A DNA stretch of 62,738 nt, counting the filler, from Perkinsus olseni (lineage: Eukaryota), in assembly GCA_013115125.1 (NCBI GenBank). It is 3 parts of 3 records of this genome, joined end to end, with 100 filler letters (N's around TTAATTAATTAA, not from the genome) between each part and the next. Parts side by side here need not be neighbours in the genome. Positions count along the whole stretch, not along the records: positions 20,989 to 41,814 come from JABANN010000566.1; 2 more parts are not named here. The stretch is one strand, 5' to 3'. Positions 23,124-36,354 of this stretch are shown here, one piece after another; the first letter of the stretch is position 1; each line of letters begins with the position of its first letter. The notes under the pieces are model-generated. The model saw only the letters and a program-made list of their open reading frames with translations. It searched no databases and had not been told where the DNA came from. The translations under genes were made by a program, and so were the position numbers.

Positions 23124-25837
23124 ATGCCTCCAGCAGTTGTGTTGATAAGTCAGTACAGCTGCCATATCACAGATGGGCCGGCATATCTTATTAGGTATGT
23201 GGATAGTGGATAGTAATGATGGCCATGACCACCATGATACCCCTCATGAACCACCTGGATGGATGATCCTCTTGGAAAGAGCTGATACCAAGCTACGCAT
23301 ATTCGAGTAGTCCATCAATCGGCAGCAGCATCGCGTGGTCTAACACTACCAGTTGTCTTGGTGGTAGGGATAGTAGCTCTGCTGACACAGCAGTGAGGGA
23401 GGCGGCAGCAGCACTGAGGGAACTATTAGATGCACCACGATGGAAGCCTAATGAACCATTGGCATTACCATGGTACTGCACGACTTTCTAAGTGTAGTGA
23501 TGTGCCACTGAGCATTACTATCATTGCAGGAGATCTAAGTCACTTGGGAGGATACGTCATGGTATGGACCCTGAGACGGGAAGCCAAGTACCAGATACCT
23601 ATACTAATTGGATGATAGTTACTGAAGAGTTGGTATCACTTCATATGAAGAGAGGACAGTTTAGAGTAAGCGTTGTATGTGTAGCAATATATTGTCATAA
23701 TTGCTGTGGTCAGGAAGCCATGGAGCATCTTGATGAGAAGATGGATAAAAAACTGCTATCTAGAATTACTCTACCAGCAGAGTATAGAGCTAATATGCTA
23801 GTGAATCTATTACATTGTGAACTAGAGTCAGGGAGAGTAGTGGAAGCATTAGATTCATCAGAGGATTCTGAAAAGAGGTTATTCCCGGCTGATAAGGATT
23901 TGAAGGTAGTGGTAGTGAGTGTCATTATATTACTGTTTGTAGTCTGTTATCATTATAGGATGCTGTATTGTCAACCCCAGCATGGCATCTACTCAATGCA
24001 AGGACATACTTCTATCACTTCGCATGGGATATGGCCTTGGCAGAGTGTGAACAGTCTAATGAGGTCCGACAGAAGTTTTCGCGAGACCTAGAAGGGCAAC
24101 TACATACATGGAGGGATGTAAGTAATACATCACTTCACCACCACCACAACAACAACGTCATCATCATCATCATCATCATCATCATCACTACACCAGCTAG
24201 TAGGTGATATACGCCTGGTGTATGGGGCAGAAGCGTCTTGATTCCGGCACTAGGGGTGATATCATGGATGCATTAGCATCATGGCAGACTGCTGTGGATG
24301 AGGAACGATTGAGGGTACAGGAGAACCCAAGATTCTCCACGTACTACTGCTACTACTACCGTCCCACCTCCGCTGATCCTCCTCCTCCCTCATGGTAGGT
24401 GCTGGTATCTAAGGTTTGTCCTTATGGCCTTATCCAACTGTGGGTATGCTATGCAGAGTGAGGACAGCCGAGTGGAAGTGCACAAGATACTGTTGGAGAA
24501 GTGTGAACAGCTCCTGCAGGACTTGTCAGAGGACCCTAGGGCTAGGTAATAATGGTTATCATGGACGAAAGTGGGACATCGTCAATGATCCTCAGAGGAG
24601 ATCCATTATTAAGGAAGGCCAGGAGGGTTATAAAGACTCATAGTCTACCTGATGGTGGTGGTGTAAGGAGGAGTGTCCTGCATGTTGATGCTACTGCATG
24701 TGGTACGCTGGCACGATGGATAAAACATTCTACTCAGGTAGCAGTAAAAGCGGGTACTGCTGGATAAGTGAGATTGTGGAGTATCTTATCTCAGAATCCC
24801 AACGTTGAATTTGATACGTATTACACTCAACCAGGTGGATTGGCCATACCTGGTGTAGGAGTGAAAACTATAAAGCCAATCCATCCAGGAGACATCATCA
24901 CTGCTGATTATGGCCCTCCTTACCAAGTACCCAAGGCGGCTCTTAGAGGAGTATGTGGACGGAATGCTTTGCTAAAAGAGTCTACCTAGAACGTGTCTTA
25001 GAGTGTGAGCCCAGGACCCTACCAAGCCGACTTCCCCTACCTGTCTACCGTACTCAATGGCTTAGCTACGAGTACATCACCTTTGAGACCAGGACGCTTA
25101 TTCAGGATGATTGAGAGCTTAGCGAGGATAGAACAGCAGGAGGAGGCTACCGTGAGGAGGCTGAGCTTAGTACCAGCAGCGGTAGTAGTAGTAGTAGTAG
25201 TATGCTGGCATCATGTCAGGAGGAGTATCCAGAAGTACTAGAGGAGGATAAGTTCTACCTCGACGAGTATGGTAACCTCAAAGCCGGACCTGAAACGTAT
25301 GCGAAATTGAACCCTCGATGATGGTTTTATCATTACCATGATCAGGCACATTGGAGCTGGGGTGTACATAATGCTGTACGGTGGAGTATTGAGACGGGGC
25401 CCTATGAGCTACTTTGGTGTAGCAGTAGCATGGAGGAAGACGGCACCTTGCTATAGGGTTGTACAGGATCCTATCACCAATACCTACTGCATGTATAATA
25501 GGGCTAGTAGATATGATGATGATGATGATGATGATGATAATAATAATAAGGACATTATCTTCTCAGTAACCTCGATGATGACGACTAGCAGGAGGCCGGC
25601 TCTGCTTCGGTGGACTACGTCACAGCAGCAGCAGCAGCAGCAGCAGCAGCACAATCCCTACGCTCACGAGCTAATGCTGCCGGCCACGATGGTGGTGATG
25701 ATACTACTACACAGCAGCAGCACTACCGAGCAGTTTTCCTCCAAGTCGTCGTCTTAAGCACCAAATTATCCTCTCCTATTATTCTCTTACCCCGTGTTGC
25801 AGTAGGTCAATGGTCGGTAGCACGTGAGTTTGGGTAG
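23124..25837 (+). CDS. SET-domain protein with atypical motif order, multi-exon (3' end uncertain)
   Basis: Spliced VDATACGTLARWIKHSTQ|NPNV...VGVKTIKPIHPGDIITADYG (intron 24738-24794) matches SET C-terminal motifs; preceded by several helical exons. Confidence 0.65.
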
Positions 25838-26071
25838 TAGCCTGCTCCTCGTGGGAACAGTTGTATCCTCCGTCCGCGTCCTGCTAATGTCAAAGGAGTG
25901 GTCGTATAGTGGCCCCCCGACACGTCGTGCTCCTCCTCCTCCTTCTCCTTCTCCTTCTGTTGCTGATGGACCGGGATTAGACAGGTTCTCATTCCGATAG
26001 GTCCCAGTTGATCATCATCGTGGTATTCTGCTGTCACTCGTAGATATGGTGCTGATGGTGGAGATACTCGG

Positions 26072-27493
26072 ATGGCCGGATACGATGATGACTACATACG
26101 TGCACGACTGGTCAATAGACTGGGGAGTACTTGTTCGCTTATTGCTCTTGCCACGCCACTCCGAGTAGCATATCACTACTATTATCGTTTCAGATGACTT
26201 CCATTACTATTACGATCATCGGGGCGTACACGACAATGATACACCTGTATCAGCCCCGTGCAGAGCTACACAGGTGGTACCTACTGCGGTGAAGGGTAGG
26301 GTGTAGTAGTGACCCCCTAGTAGGTCGAGGATGGTGGTGGCAGTATATCATCATCATCACGCTCCGGACTGGTACCAGAGGATGATCCGTGGAGACGGAT
26401 GACCGCCCCAGAATCATCCAAGAATAGGATGATGTAGTACCAGCAGGAACACTGTCATCAGTATCGTCAGTAGCCATGCTACCCTCAGGCCCACTTCTTC
26501 CTCACACGACCCATCTCAACAACCCGATGACTATAGGGTCACTGACTCAGTCGTTCTGAAAGACTCCCATTGGACTATGCTGGAGGGCGGATTCTCATGC
26601 TCCCTTTGTGGTAGTACTAATGATGTGCTCCTCCTCCTCATCATCATCATCATCATCCCTCTACTATTACCATCGTTTAGATACCACAGTTGTGCATGAA
26701 GCGCAGCTACGGGATCATATAAAAGGGAAGAGACATCAGAAGCATCTAAATTATCTCCAATGGGAGCGGTCCTCACACAGCGATAGTGATGGTAATGCTG
26801 CTGCCGGTGTCACTGCTGCTAATGTTACCATAACAACGACACCAAGTGGTCGCCTGTCTACAAGGGCTGATTCGGCGGGAGTGGTCATCCATCATTCTTG
26901 TCCAACTATGGATGAGAAGCATGCTGGCGCTGCTACTGCCATTAGACCTAGTGAACACAACAGCAGCAGCAGCCATGGTCGTACTCCACCGGATCCGGTA
27001 AGCAGGAGTAGTAGTGATATTCGCATTACTCGGGTATACTGTAGGCGAGTGGGTGGATGGACGACAGCGAGATGGAGGACTATACCAAGCAGTGCAACAG
27101 GCAATTCTGGACCCCGGCAGGAGAGCCTAGAACAGATGGTTTGGTCGACTTTGAAGGTAGTAGTAATGAAGAATGATACACCAGCATCATTACACCAGGA
27201 ACAGTGTGCAGTAAAGGTATTATGATCAGGTATAGAGGGAGAGTGCTATGCTCCGGCACATTGTGTGTATGATGCCATGTATTGTTGTCTGTGCCAAGCC
27301 AAACCAGATGGGTAGTAGGGATACCCCCCAGCATGGCGATTAATGGCTATAATATAATACTCAGATGGTGGAAGTGGATTGAGCACTTCAAAGGGAAGAA
27401 GCATCTGAAGCATGTATATTCTACCAGATCCACCCATGTAGCCTATTGGCAGAAGCTGTCAGCAGGGACTGGGGTAGTGTGCAGCAACAGCAA

Positions 27494-27525
<32 letters not shown>

Positions 27526-27677
27526 TCCTATTCACAACACCACATCATCATCATCATTATCATCACTCTCAGCTCGTCTACTACTACAACCATCTTGATG
27601 GATACTGGTGTTGGGAGGATGGCCACGTACCGGCAATAGACTTCCACACTCCTTGGGAAGTCATGCGACCACCATAG
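26072..27677 (+). CDS. U1/matrin-type C2H2 zinc-finger protein A with WW-like C-terminal motif, multi-exon
   Basis: CSLC...HIKGKRHQKHL; CCLCQAKPDG|WWKWIEHFKGKKHLKHV; YWQKLSAGTG|LVYYYNHLDGYW; stop TAG at 27675-27677. Confidence 0.7.
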
Positions 27678-27923
27678 CAATACCATTACCTCTCCAGTAA
27701 CTAGTTGGTACTATTGTTCATCATTGCTGCTGCTACTGCTGCTGCTGCTGTCGTCATGGAGGGGCCTTCAGTGATCTAACGTCAGTGGAGGCCCCTTCGT
27801 GTAGCATCCTCATCATCATCACCTATTGCACTACATTGTCCTTGCATTCCTCTCACTGTTGTGCCCTCCCCTATCAAGCATCACCACCATCCCCAGTTGT
27901 TGTCGTCGTCCTCTCCTTCGTTT

Positions 27924-28816
27924 ATGTTGTCATCCCACCCACCATCATCATCATCCGTAACAACAGCCGATCAGCTGGTGGCACGAACGATCGAGCTGAG
28001 TGTAATAGGTTGCCACCGGTTGTGGAGCTGCATAGCATACTTCCGTCATTGCAGCCCTTCCAACCAGCCTCGGTCTCTGCTGCTGCGAACACTGGTGGCC
28101 GAGTCCTTCTCACATCCCCAGAGCAGCGAGAAGCGGCGCCTCGATGGGAAGAGTAGGTCAGCAGCAGCATCATCCTCACCATGATGATGCTGCTGTTTAG
28201 ACACCCCTGTGATTCATGTAAATGTGTATTGTATTCGGCGGAAGAGTTGAGGAACCACGTGAATGGTAAGCGTCATCAGAAGGCATTGAGGAATCGTGAC
28301 TGGTTCAAAGCTCAAGAAGCGAAGTAAGACCACGACACTACGACCACTGCTACAGCCACTGCAACGATCAGGAGACTCGCTACAGTCAATGAGCATGAGG
28401 TCTTCCTCACTTCGTCATCTCATAGCATCACCCATGAGAACTCTGATAGTGCTGTAGTGAACGATAAGGAGTAAGCTCCCGCTCCTCTTCCTCCTGCTCC
28501 TGTCGTGGATGATGACGCCTTCCATTGCTAGCTATACTCCCTCATCTAATCTCATGCGGCAGTGTCCTAGTGACTGGGAGGTCACGGCACAGGGCTTCAA
28601 GTGCACGATCTGTGGTGAGCAGTAGAAGTATTAGAGCAGTGGGCTGGCTGTGTAGCGTATCGAGTTCAGGATGTACTGTGAACAGTGAGGGTTGCATGGA
28701 CATGCACCTGCTCGGGTCGGGGCATCGGAAGAAGAAGGAATCACTCGAATGGCAAAGGAGAGCGACGGCAACGACAACGACAACAACTGCTACCACTACA
28801 ACGACACCTTCCAGTC

Positions 28817-28891
<75 letters not shown>

Positions 28892-30237
28892 CAGTATCAT
28901 CAATGACAACAACTCCACCATCGAGCGACGATGTGGCCCGAGGCGACGATTGGGACCTGTCCCAGATCCCCGAGGAAGAAAGATGTTTTATAAGATGGGA
29001 TGATCAGAGGGGATATGTATGCAGCTGTTGTGGTATGTTGGGCTGTGGACTCCCATTCGTCGTCCCATAATCATAATAACCGTACTTTAGATGCTGCCTG
29101 CTGTACTGTGGAAATTCTACAAATACATTTACAAGGCAAGAAGCATACAAGTAAATCTAAATGGTATAAAACGATGGCGCATCATCATCAGGGAGATGGG
29201 AGTCAGGTAGCCAGAGACACTACCGTCTCATTTATCACTCCTCCCTCAGGGACCAGCACCGACCGCAGCAGCCACTGCGTAGGGTCTTGTGTATCAGTGA
29301 GAATGCTGAGTTGATGATTGGCATCATTGATCTCAGAGGTGAATCAATAGGGTTGGTCATTTTCGAGGACCACACGATATGGGAGGAGACTAACACTGGC
29401 TGGCGGTGTAAACTGTGTGGTAATACGACCCGCAGTTACCTCAGTGTTGTTATATCGTTCATCTCAGATGCAGCGGTTAACAGCGATTCGATGGGTATGG
29501 CCCACATGTCAAGCAGGAAGCATCAGACAAATCTAGCGTGGGCCTCAACTACAACAGCTGCTACATCATCCGCGCATCAGCATAGTGACTCGGTAACGCT
29601 TTGCTATAGCAGATGGTGTAGGGTCGACAATCCTCAGCAGGGTGCTGCGGTCAATAACCAATGGCGGGCCGGCAGCTACGATGAAGATTCCGAGTTCCAC
29701 AATGAGTGCACTTATCAATTCTACGGCAATCGAGACAAGCCAGTGAGCTTCGGCCATGTCGACAATACTGGTAGATGCCCATACGTCCTCTCTGCTGCCT
29801 AAATCCGCTCCAGGGCCTGCTGTCGGCCACGCCCCCGCTCATAACGATTGGATGGATTCTCGATGCAAACTATGTGAGACCGGGGATATCTGCGGGTAGG
29901 CTTACTGGTGGTGGTAGTGAGTGTACTAGACGGCACTTTGTTAGATGGGGGGCTTGGTCAGCACACTTTAACGGTAAGGCTCACAAGAAGAATGTGCGTA
30001 TGAGTAAATATGAATACCAGGCCGTCTGGCAAAAGCTCAACGCCGATGGGGTACCAGACTCGGGAAGAGCACTGCTGCTCGATCGCGTCACTTCTTTCTC
30101 TTATTTAGTTTGAGTACTACTACGATCACCTCACGGGATTGTGGGATTCAACCAATCCGGTAGAAGATGAGATCGAGGCCTTTCCAGAAGATGGCATACT
30201 CTACATTCGGGACCCATCGACATTAGTCGAAGAATGA
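27924..30237 (+). CDS. Multi U1/matrin-type C2H2 zinc-finger protein B with WW-like C-terminal motif, multi-exon (start uncertain)
   Basis: Five fingers ending HVNGKRH, HLLGSGH, HLQGKKH, HMSSRKH and HFNGKAH; then VWQKLNADG|FEYYYDHLTGLW; stop TGA at 30235-30237. Confidence 0.75.
28816..28890 (+). repeat. (CAA)25 microsatellite (polyQ in the zinc-finger gene frame)
   Basis: Pure 75-bp CAA run. Confidence 0.95.
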
Positions 30238-30703
30238 GATGCTCCGCCTTTGCTTCCACATGCAGATCATCACAAAGGTTGGTAGAGCTACTAACAAGCT
30301 ACTTGGTTTTTTTGTGAACGACATATGATATTGATTTTAACTATGTTCTGGTTGCGTTGCGGTGAAATTATCTCCGTGTCGATGAAACACTGGTCACCTT
30401 CCGCATATAACGCCCGTGATATAGTAGTACAGTTCGAATTGAGTATTCAACTGGTAACGCGACAAAGCCGTGTACGAGGTCACTTGACCGTCGAGGAATG
30501 AACAATCACAGTATTGGACAGTGGAGGTGAATATGAAACAATCATCCCACAACAAAGTGAGGAACATACGAACAAGCCAGCAAATCATAGAAACTTGACC
30601 CAGCAGGTCGATTGTTGCATAGTAGCAAATAAACAGTGATTCACCAGGAGTGGGTAACACTAGAAAAGATAAAAAGGACATACTAGAAATTGTAGAAACA
30701 AAC

Positions 30704-31987
30704 TCACAGCATATCGGTAATCCATATACCGAAGATACTTCCGATAAGGATACCATTGATGAGACAGAAACCCATGGCATAACCAGCGATTTCTTGCTCA
30801 TCCTTCTGGTCAGGAACCTTCTTTGGACCGAGCATCATACCAAGAGTAGCAACAACACCGTTAGTGAAGGCGAATACTGCCATCATAACGTGTTTGAACC
30901 AGTTATAGTGGAAAGGAATGACGGTGGGGAATACTCTGATGCATATGAAAAGTGGTATGAAGATGGCACGTCCAAGAGAGAGTACGACTAACCAAGTCTG
31001 GGATAAGCGAATTCCCATATTTGGGGCGAAACGGCCGACAGTATCGAAAATCTGATACATATACGTTACGAGGGGAATGAAGTTGGCGCTATCATCGGGA
31101 CCCTTGGAGCTTGTGAACTGCGTAACTTGAGAAGGGAACACGGTGAAGGTTATAGTAAGAACAGACCAAACAATAAATGCTGGCACCATAATGTCCTTAA
31201 GGATAGCGTAAACAGGACGATTACTCTGTCGGGTGGTGAAGCTCTCCTTCTTCCTGTTCTCCTCCACTTTGAGTATATCACTCATGTAGGAGTGTTTTAC
31301 CATACAGAGGCGGAACATCGGAATAACCAATATGGTCATTATCGATGTCACGGCGAAGAAGATCAAGCACCTCCACTCGGCATACCGTTGAACCCCACAA
31401 GATGTTAGAATATAGTTTATGAGTATGTAGATGGGCCAACCGATGAGACCAGCAACACCTTCACCAATCATAGCCCAGTTCATGCAGGCTTGGGAACCGA
31501 GGGCTGCCAGACCGAAAGCGGCCGATTCGATCAGAGAGTGACCGAAGCCAAGCATGAAAGTACAGACCAAGCCAAGAGCGAAACCGAGACCCGGGTTATC
31601 AACGGGGTCATCGTCACCAATGACCATGGCGACCACGGCCATGAGGATATTGAATGATGCGAGAAGGACGCATCCAATATCCATACGAGGGGCGAACGGG
31701 AACTTGTTGCCGATGAAGATGAGCAACAACTCAGCCACATTAACAGACAGACCGTAGTAGATGGAGACGTTTGAACTGAACTGATGCTCGAACTTGCCAT
31801 CCAAGTAGACGAGCTCAGTGAGGACGAAGTTCCACGGGGCCAAAGCTACAAATCCCAATACAGCAAACATGAGGAGAAGCTTCCAGTCAGGTTTCAACTC
31901 GTTGGATTTTTTCTTCTCCTCGACAAAGCTTCCCGATGCAGAGGATGCCTCGAGGTCCCTCACTTTATGTTCGCTCTCAGCAGACAT
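30704..31987 (-). CDS. Equilibrative nucleoside transporter (ENT/SLC29), copy 1, intronless
   Basis: About 11 TM helices with LGxxxLAPWN, GEGVAG, TFTVFP, FDTVGR, RAIFIPLF and FAFTNG; first ATG at 31987. Confidence 0.93.
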   Translation of the reverse strand: MSAESEHKVRDLEASSASGSFVEEKKKSNELKPDWKLLLMFAVLGFVALAPWNFVLTELVYLDGKFEHQFSSNVSIYYGLSVNVAELLLIFIGNKFPFAPRMDIGCVLLASFNILMAVVAMVIGDDDPVDNPGLGFALGLVCTFMLGFGHSLIESAAFGLAALGSQACMNWAMIGEGVAGLIGWPIYILINYILTSCGVQRYAEWRCLIFFAVTSIMTILVIPMFRLCMVKHSYMSDILKVEENRKKESFTTRQSNRPVYAILKDIMVPAFIVWSVLTITFTVFPSQVTQFTSSKGPDDSANFIPLVTYMYQIFDTVGRFAPNMGIRLSQTWLVVLSLGRAIFIPLFICIRVFPTVIPFHYNWFKHVMMAVFAFTNGVVATLGMMLGPKKVPDQKDEQEIAGYAMGFCLINGILIGSIFGIWITDML

Positions 31988-33270
31988 GAATACTGGGAAC
32001 AATCGGAGAATAAAAACCGGGTCAGGCTAGGTTTCGATAGTTCCACACAGCGAGGGACAGCGTGCTAGCCTCAACACGAATAGCTTACGAGGCTGTCTCC
32101 GTACGGCACAGGTTCCCGGGCGCTCGAACGCAATTTCTTTAATAAAGAAGTAGCTCAGCTACAGAGACTTCGGTGAGTGGCTGTAGACGAGAATATGGGC
32201 AGCGCGTCCAGGGTGACTAACTACGACAATTAGCTATGGATCCCATCCTGCACGCACGCACATGGATGTGCACAGAATCCCGTAACAGGTCCACAATGCA
32301 AGAAAGGCCTCCTATCCTGGTAAGCTTCCTCCCCGTGGCACACTCGAATCGCCCGTTAGCAGGTATAAGGACGTATGCCCATGGGTGGGAGACAATGCTT
32401 CCGCCTCATCCAACCTGAATCTTACAACAAGACTCATTTAATGACACTGAACTAAAAATTTAGTTCTTCATTCACAAGCAGTTTACGGTCAGGCGACCAG
32501 AGTCTTGTTTCGAACACAGGGTTGTTCAAAAAAAGTTCTCGACAAGAACAGTATACACAAGTTATCAACGCCTTCTTCTCAGTAGAGTCAACTGCTGTGC
32601 AATCGTTAATAAGAGACTCGGCAGCGCTGACTATCAGTAGCCACCGATCATTATAACGATATGACAGAGCAACACTACCAAGTGTGGCTGTCCCCGGACT
32701 TCACTGGAGACTTAGCCAACAACAGGCAAGCGTGACAGAGGGAACCAATAATTTTATGCAAACTTAATCATTTGGTAGTTGGTAAGGAAGAGTAGGAAAA
32801 AGGCATCTTAGTGTATAAGAAACAAGAGCAGGCAACATGGTTCACGTTGTCGAGCTTGAGCTCTCTCACATTACCGTTGTTGCGCTGTGAACAGCACTGC
32901 TGGCCGAGTTATACCAATACGGCAGTGCACCACACACCAGGATATGATACTATCCCAGGACCAAGTAGCAGCGACAACGGAGCGACGTGAGGAGCTCAAC
33001 GATACAAGCGGATACCGCCGTCGAAGATGTCGTAAACAGAGCGAGAACCGGGGCAAAACTCTGGTCCCGCGATACAGACTAAAGGGGGGAAGTGAAGAAG
33101 ACAAAGTAATGATGGCAATACACGAATCAGCGCGGGCCATCTTTAGTAATGATGATGATGTAACTAGAGAAAGTTAGCAGCATATATATAACAACGATAC
33201 TATGCTCACGACCTGGCCAGTCGACGATAGACCAGCATCTATTGATAGTAGTAGCAGCAGTAGAGCCTTA

Positions 33271-34677
33271 TTATGCGGTCAGAGGCAACATGTCAGTGAC
33301 CCATATACCGAAGATACTTCCGATAAGGATACCATCGATAAGGCAGAAACTCATGGCATAACCAGCGATTTCTTGTTCATTCCGATCTTCAGGAACCTTA
33401 GTGGGACCCATCATCATACCCAGTGTACTGGTAACACCATTGGTGAAGGCAAATATAGCCATCATAATGTGCTTGAAGTAGTTATGCTGGAAGGCTGTAT
33501 TCCAAGGGAACAACTTGATGCATATGAAGAGAGGGATGAAGATAACACCACGAGCAAGGGCCAAAGCGACCAACCACCACTGAGGTAGACGGATACCAAC
33601 ATTAGGCGCGAAACGCCCGACAGTATCAAATATCTGATACATGTAGGTAATAAGAGGAATGAATGAAGCATTGTCAGCCGCACCCTTGCCACTTGTAAAT
33701 TGAGTGACTTGGGATGGGAAAACCACAAAGGTAACAGTAAGAGCACACCAAACAACAAATGCAGGCAAGGCAATATCCATAAGGATCCTGTAGACGGGCC
33801 TCTTGGTCTGACGCTCCTTGAATCCACCATTCTTACGCTTAGCCTCCATATCGAGAACCTGCTTCATGTACGGATGTTTCATCATACCGAAGTGGAACAT
33901 AGGGATACAGAGTATAGTCAATACAGTAGTGACCAAAAAGAATATAAGGCACCTCCACTCGGCGTAGCGTTCAACACCGCATGACGTGAGAATATAGTTG
34001 ATGAGAATGTTGATAGGCCAACCGATGAGACCAGCAACACCTTCACCAATCATAGCCCAGTTCATGCAGGCTTGGGAACCGAGGGCTGCCAAACCGAAAG
34101 CAGCCGATTCGATGAAGGAGTGGCCAAAGCCAAGCATGAAGGTGCAGACCAGACCAAGCCCAAAACCAAGACCGGTATTGTCATCAGGGTCGTCATTACC
34201 GATGAACATGGCTACAATTGCCAGACAGATGTTGAATGTTGCGAGAAGGACGCATCCAATATCCATACGAGGAGCGAAGGCGAACTTGTTGCCGATGAAG
34301 ATGAGCAACAACTCAGCCACATTAACAGACAGACCGTAGCAGATGGAGACGTTTGAACTGAACTGATGCTCGAACTTGCCATCCAAGTAGACGAGCTCAG
34401 TGAGGACGAAGTTCCATGGGGCCAAGGCAATGAAGCCGAGAATCAGGAACATAAGGAGGAGCTTCCAATCCTCGAGACTTTTCTTCTCCTTAGTCTCCTC
34501 CACCTCCTTCTCCGAACCCTTGGTCGACGATAGATCTGTCATCTCCTTCTCAGAAGGACATGAGGATGATGCGGGCTCGGCCTTCATTCCTTCTTCAAGG
34601 TCAAGACTGGCCCTCTTGGATGGACCCTCGCTGCTCTCACGCATAGATAATTCCACCTCGGTTGCTGATGTCGACAT
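33271..34677 (-). CDS. Equilibrative nucleoside transporter (ENT/SLC29), copy 2, intronless
   Basis: Same ENT motifs; close tandem paralog of 30704-31987. Confidence 0.93.
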   Translation of the reverse strand: MSTSATEVELSMRESSEGPSKRASLDLEEGMKAEPASSSCPSEKEMTDLSSTKGSEKEVEETKEKKSLEDWKLLLMFLILGFIALAPWNFVLTELVYLDGKFEHQFSSNVSICYGLSVNVAELLLIFIGNKFAFAPRMDIGCVLLATFNICLAIVAMFIGNDDPDDNTGLGFGLGLVCTFMLGFGHSFIESAAFGLAALGSQACMNWAMIGEGVAGLIGWPINILINYILTSCGVERYAEWRCLIFFLVTTVLTILCIPMFHFGMMKHPYMKQVLDMEAKRKNGGFKERQTKRPVYRILMDIALPAFVVWCALTVTFVVFPSQVTQFTSGKGAADNASFIPLITYMYQIFDTVGRFAPNVGIRLPQWWLVALALARGVIFIPLFICIKLFPWNTAFQHNYFKHIMMAIFAFTNGVTSTLGMMMGPTKVPEDRNEQEIAGYAMSFCLIDGILIGSIFGIWVTDMLPLTA

Positions 34678-36354
34678 CTGCGGTGATGCCAGAGTATAAT
34701 AAAAAACGAGCGACGCTCAGAGTGAGGTGAATGGAGGCAGTAGCTGCGGGGCCTGGCTTCAGGTTGTGTCAAGGCTGTCCCATATCACAATGGATTGTCC
34801 CTCCTCACTGCTCATCACAAGTAATTGCACAAGAAGGGATTATTCTCAAATTTCAACCCTTCCTAGGCAAAGGGGATGATAAGCTCAGCGTCCAGTATCA
34901 AATGTAACCTATCGATCACTGTGGGAAGACCATCAATCCTGCCCAGTGGACTTTTGATGTGGCCGTGGCTCCGGGGATCTGCTGCTGCCCAACGACACGA
35001 CGGAGCAATCGGACAAATCTCAACAGAAGATCTCTAGCGCCATCATCCCATCTCTTTCGTCTGACTGCATAGAGCTTAACATTCAGACGGTCGGAAATAA
35101 ACGATGCTCGTCGGAAATAATCGGTAGAATACGACAGGGGTTCTAGAGGAATTCGCTTCAACAAGTAGAATTGTCGTACGAAGCCGGAACCAGTCCAGGG
35201 ACCACGGCATAGGTATCGGTAATGGATTGATACCTGCTTCGGGTGAGAGTGTCCTCGGGTCCTATGTTCACTAGCCATCAAGCAGTATGAGTCCACCGCA
35301 TTGCTATGACTGCCGGCAGTGACAATGAAGCGGCCCCGACAGATTTGAATAGCCTTTTCATAACCCAGCCGAGAAAAACAACAGCTTCAAGAACGTGTAT
35401 CTGACCCATACGATTCCTCCGCACGATCGGAGTTCATTCTTGTCCTCCAGACGGGTATCCCAGATCATCTACAAAACCCCCACTGCCCCATCAAATGCTG
35501 CTTTCCCCCTCAATGGCACCCCGAAACTGCACATAAGTGTCTCGAGGGAGCACCTATTGTCGTGGAGTGCCCAACCAAACAAATAAGAACCCCTCGGCGT
35601 CAATCATCTCCCGATTGCAGAGTATGGCTGTTTGACAAGCATAGGAGGTGTGTCCGAAGAAGTGCTCTATAGCATATTGCTAAAACGTATTTAAAACGAC
35701 GAAGCGTATGTTGTAACATATGCTACTACTCCTAAAGTGCCGCCGTAAACTCAAGGACTAGAAACCCAACACTGCCAAAGGGATAAATCCATTCCGATAA
35801 TCAGCACAACTATGTCATCATCATCGTTTTTATAATAATACTAATCATTTCCGGACGGGAAGCATCATGGTGCGGTAATGACGTAGACCAGCGCGAGCAG
35901 CAGCAGCTGCAGCAGCAGCATCCGTATTGATTACTATCACGGATACGGTAGGTGTCGCCGTGAGTAGATTGAAGCGTGAGTAGATTGAAGGCGTGCACTA
36001 TGAGAAGGGTAAAATCAGATCTTCAACGATCTTGTCTTCAACGCCTGCTGCTACGAGGCATGACACAACAACAGGGCTGCTCCTAGTGGCCATCATCAAT
36101 GCTGGTGTTGTAGTAGCTGCTACTACTACTGCGGCTGCTATTGGCCCGTGATGGTGCACATGATGATGTGCAGGCAGCATCTTCTATTACAGGTCATATC
36201 GAGGCAGGACTCGATACGAAAGTTGTTGGAAATACATAGATGATACGAATGCGGGATATAATTCAATTAACGACGACGACCTCTTGTAGACCGTAAAGAC
36301 GACATCACCCAAACTAGCGGTGAAAGAGGGCGAACCACCAGGAAGGGTAGTAGA

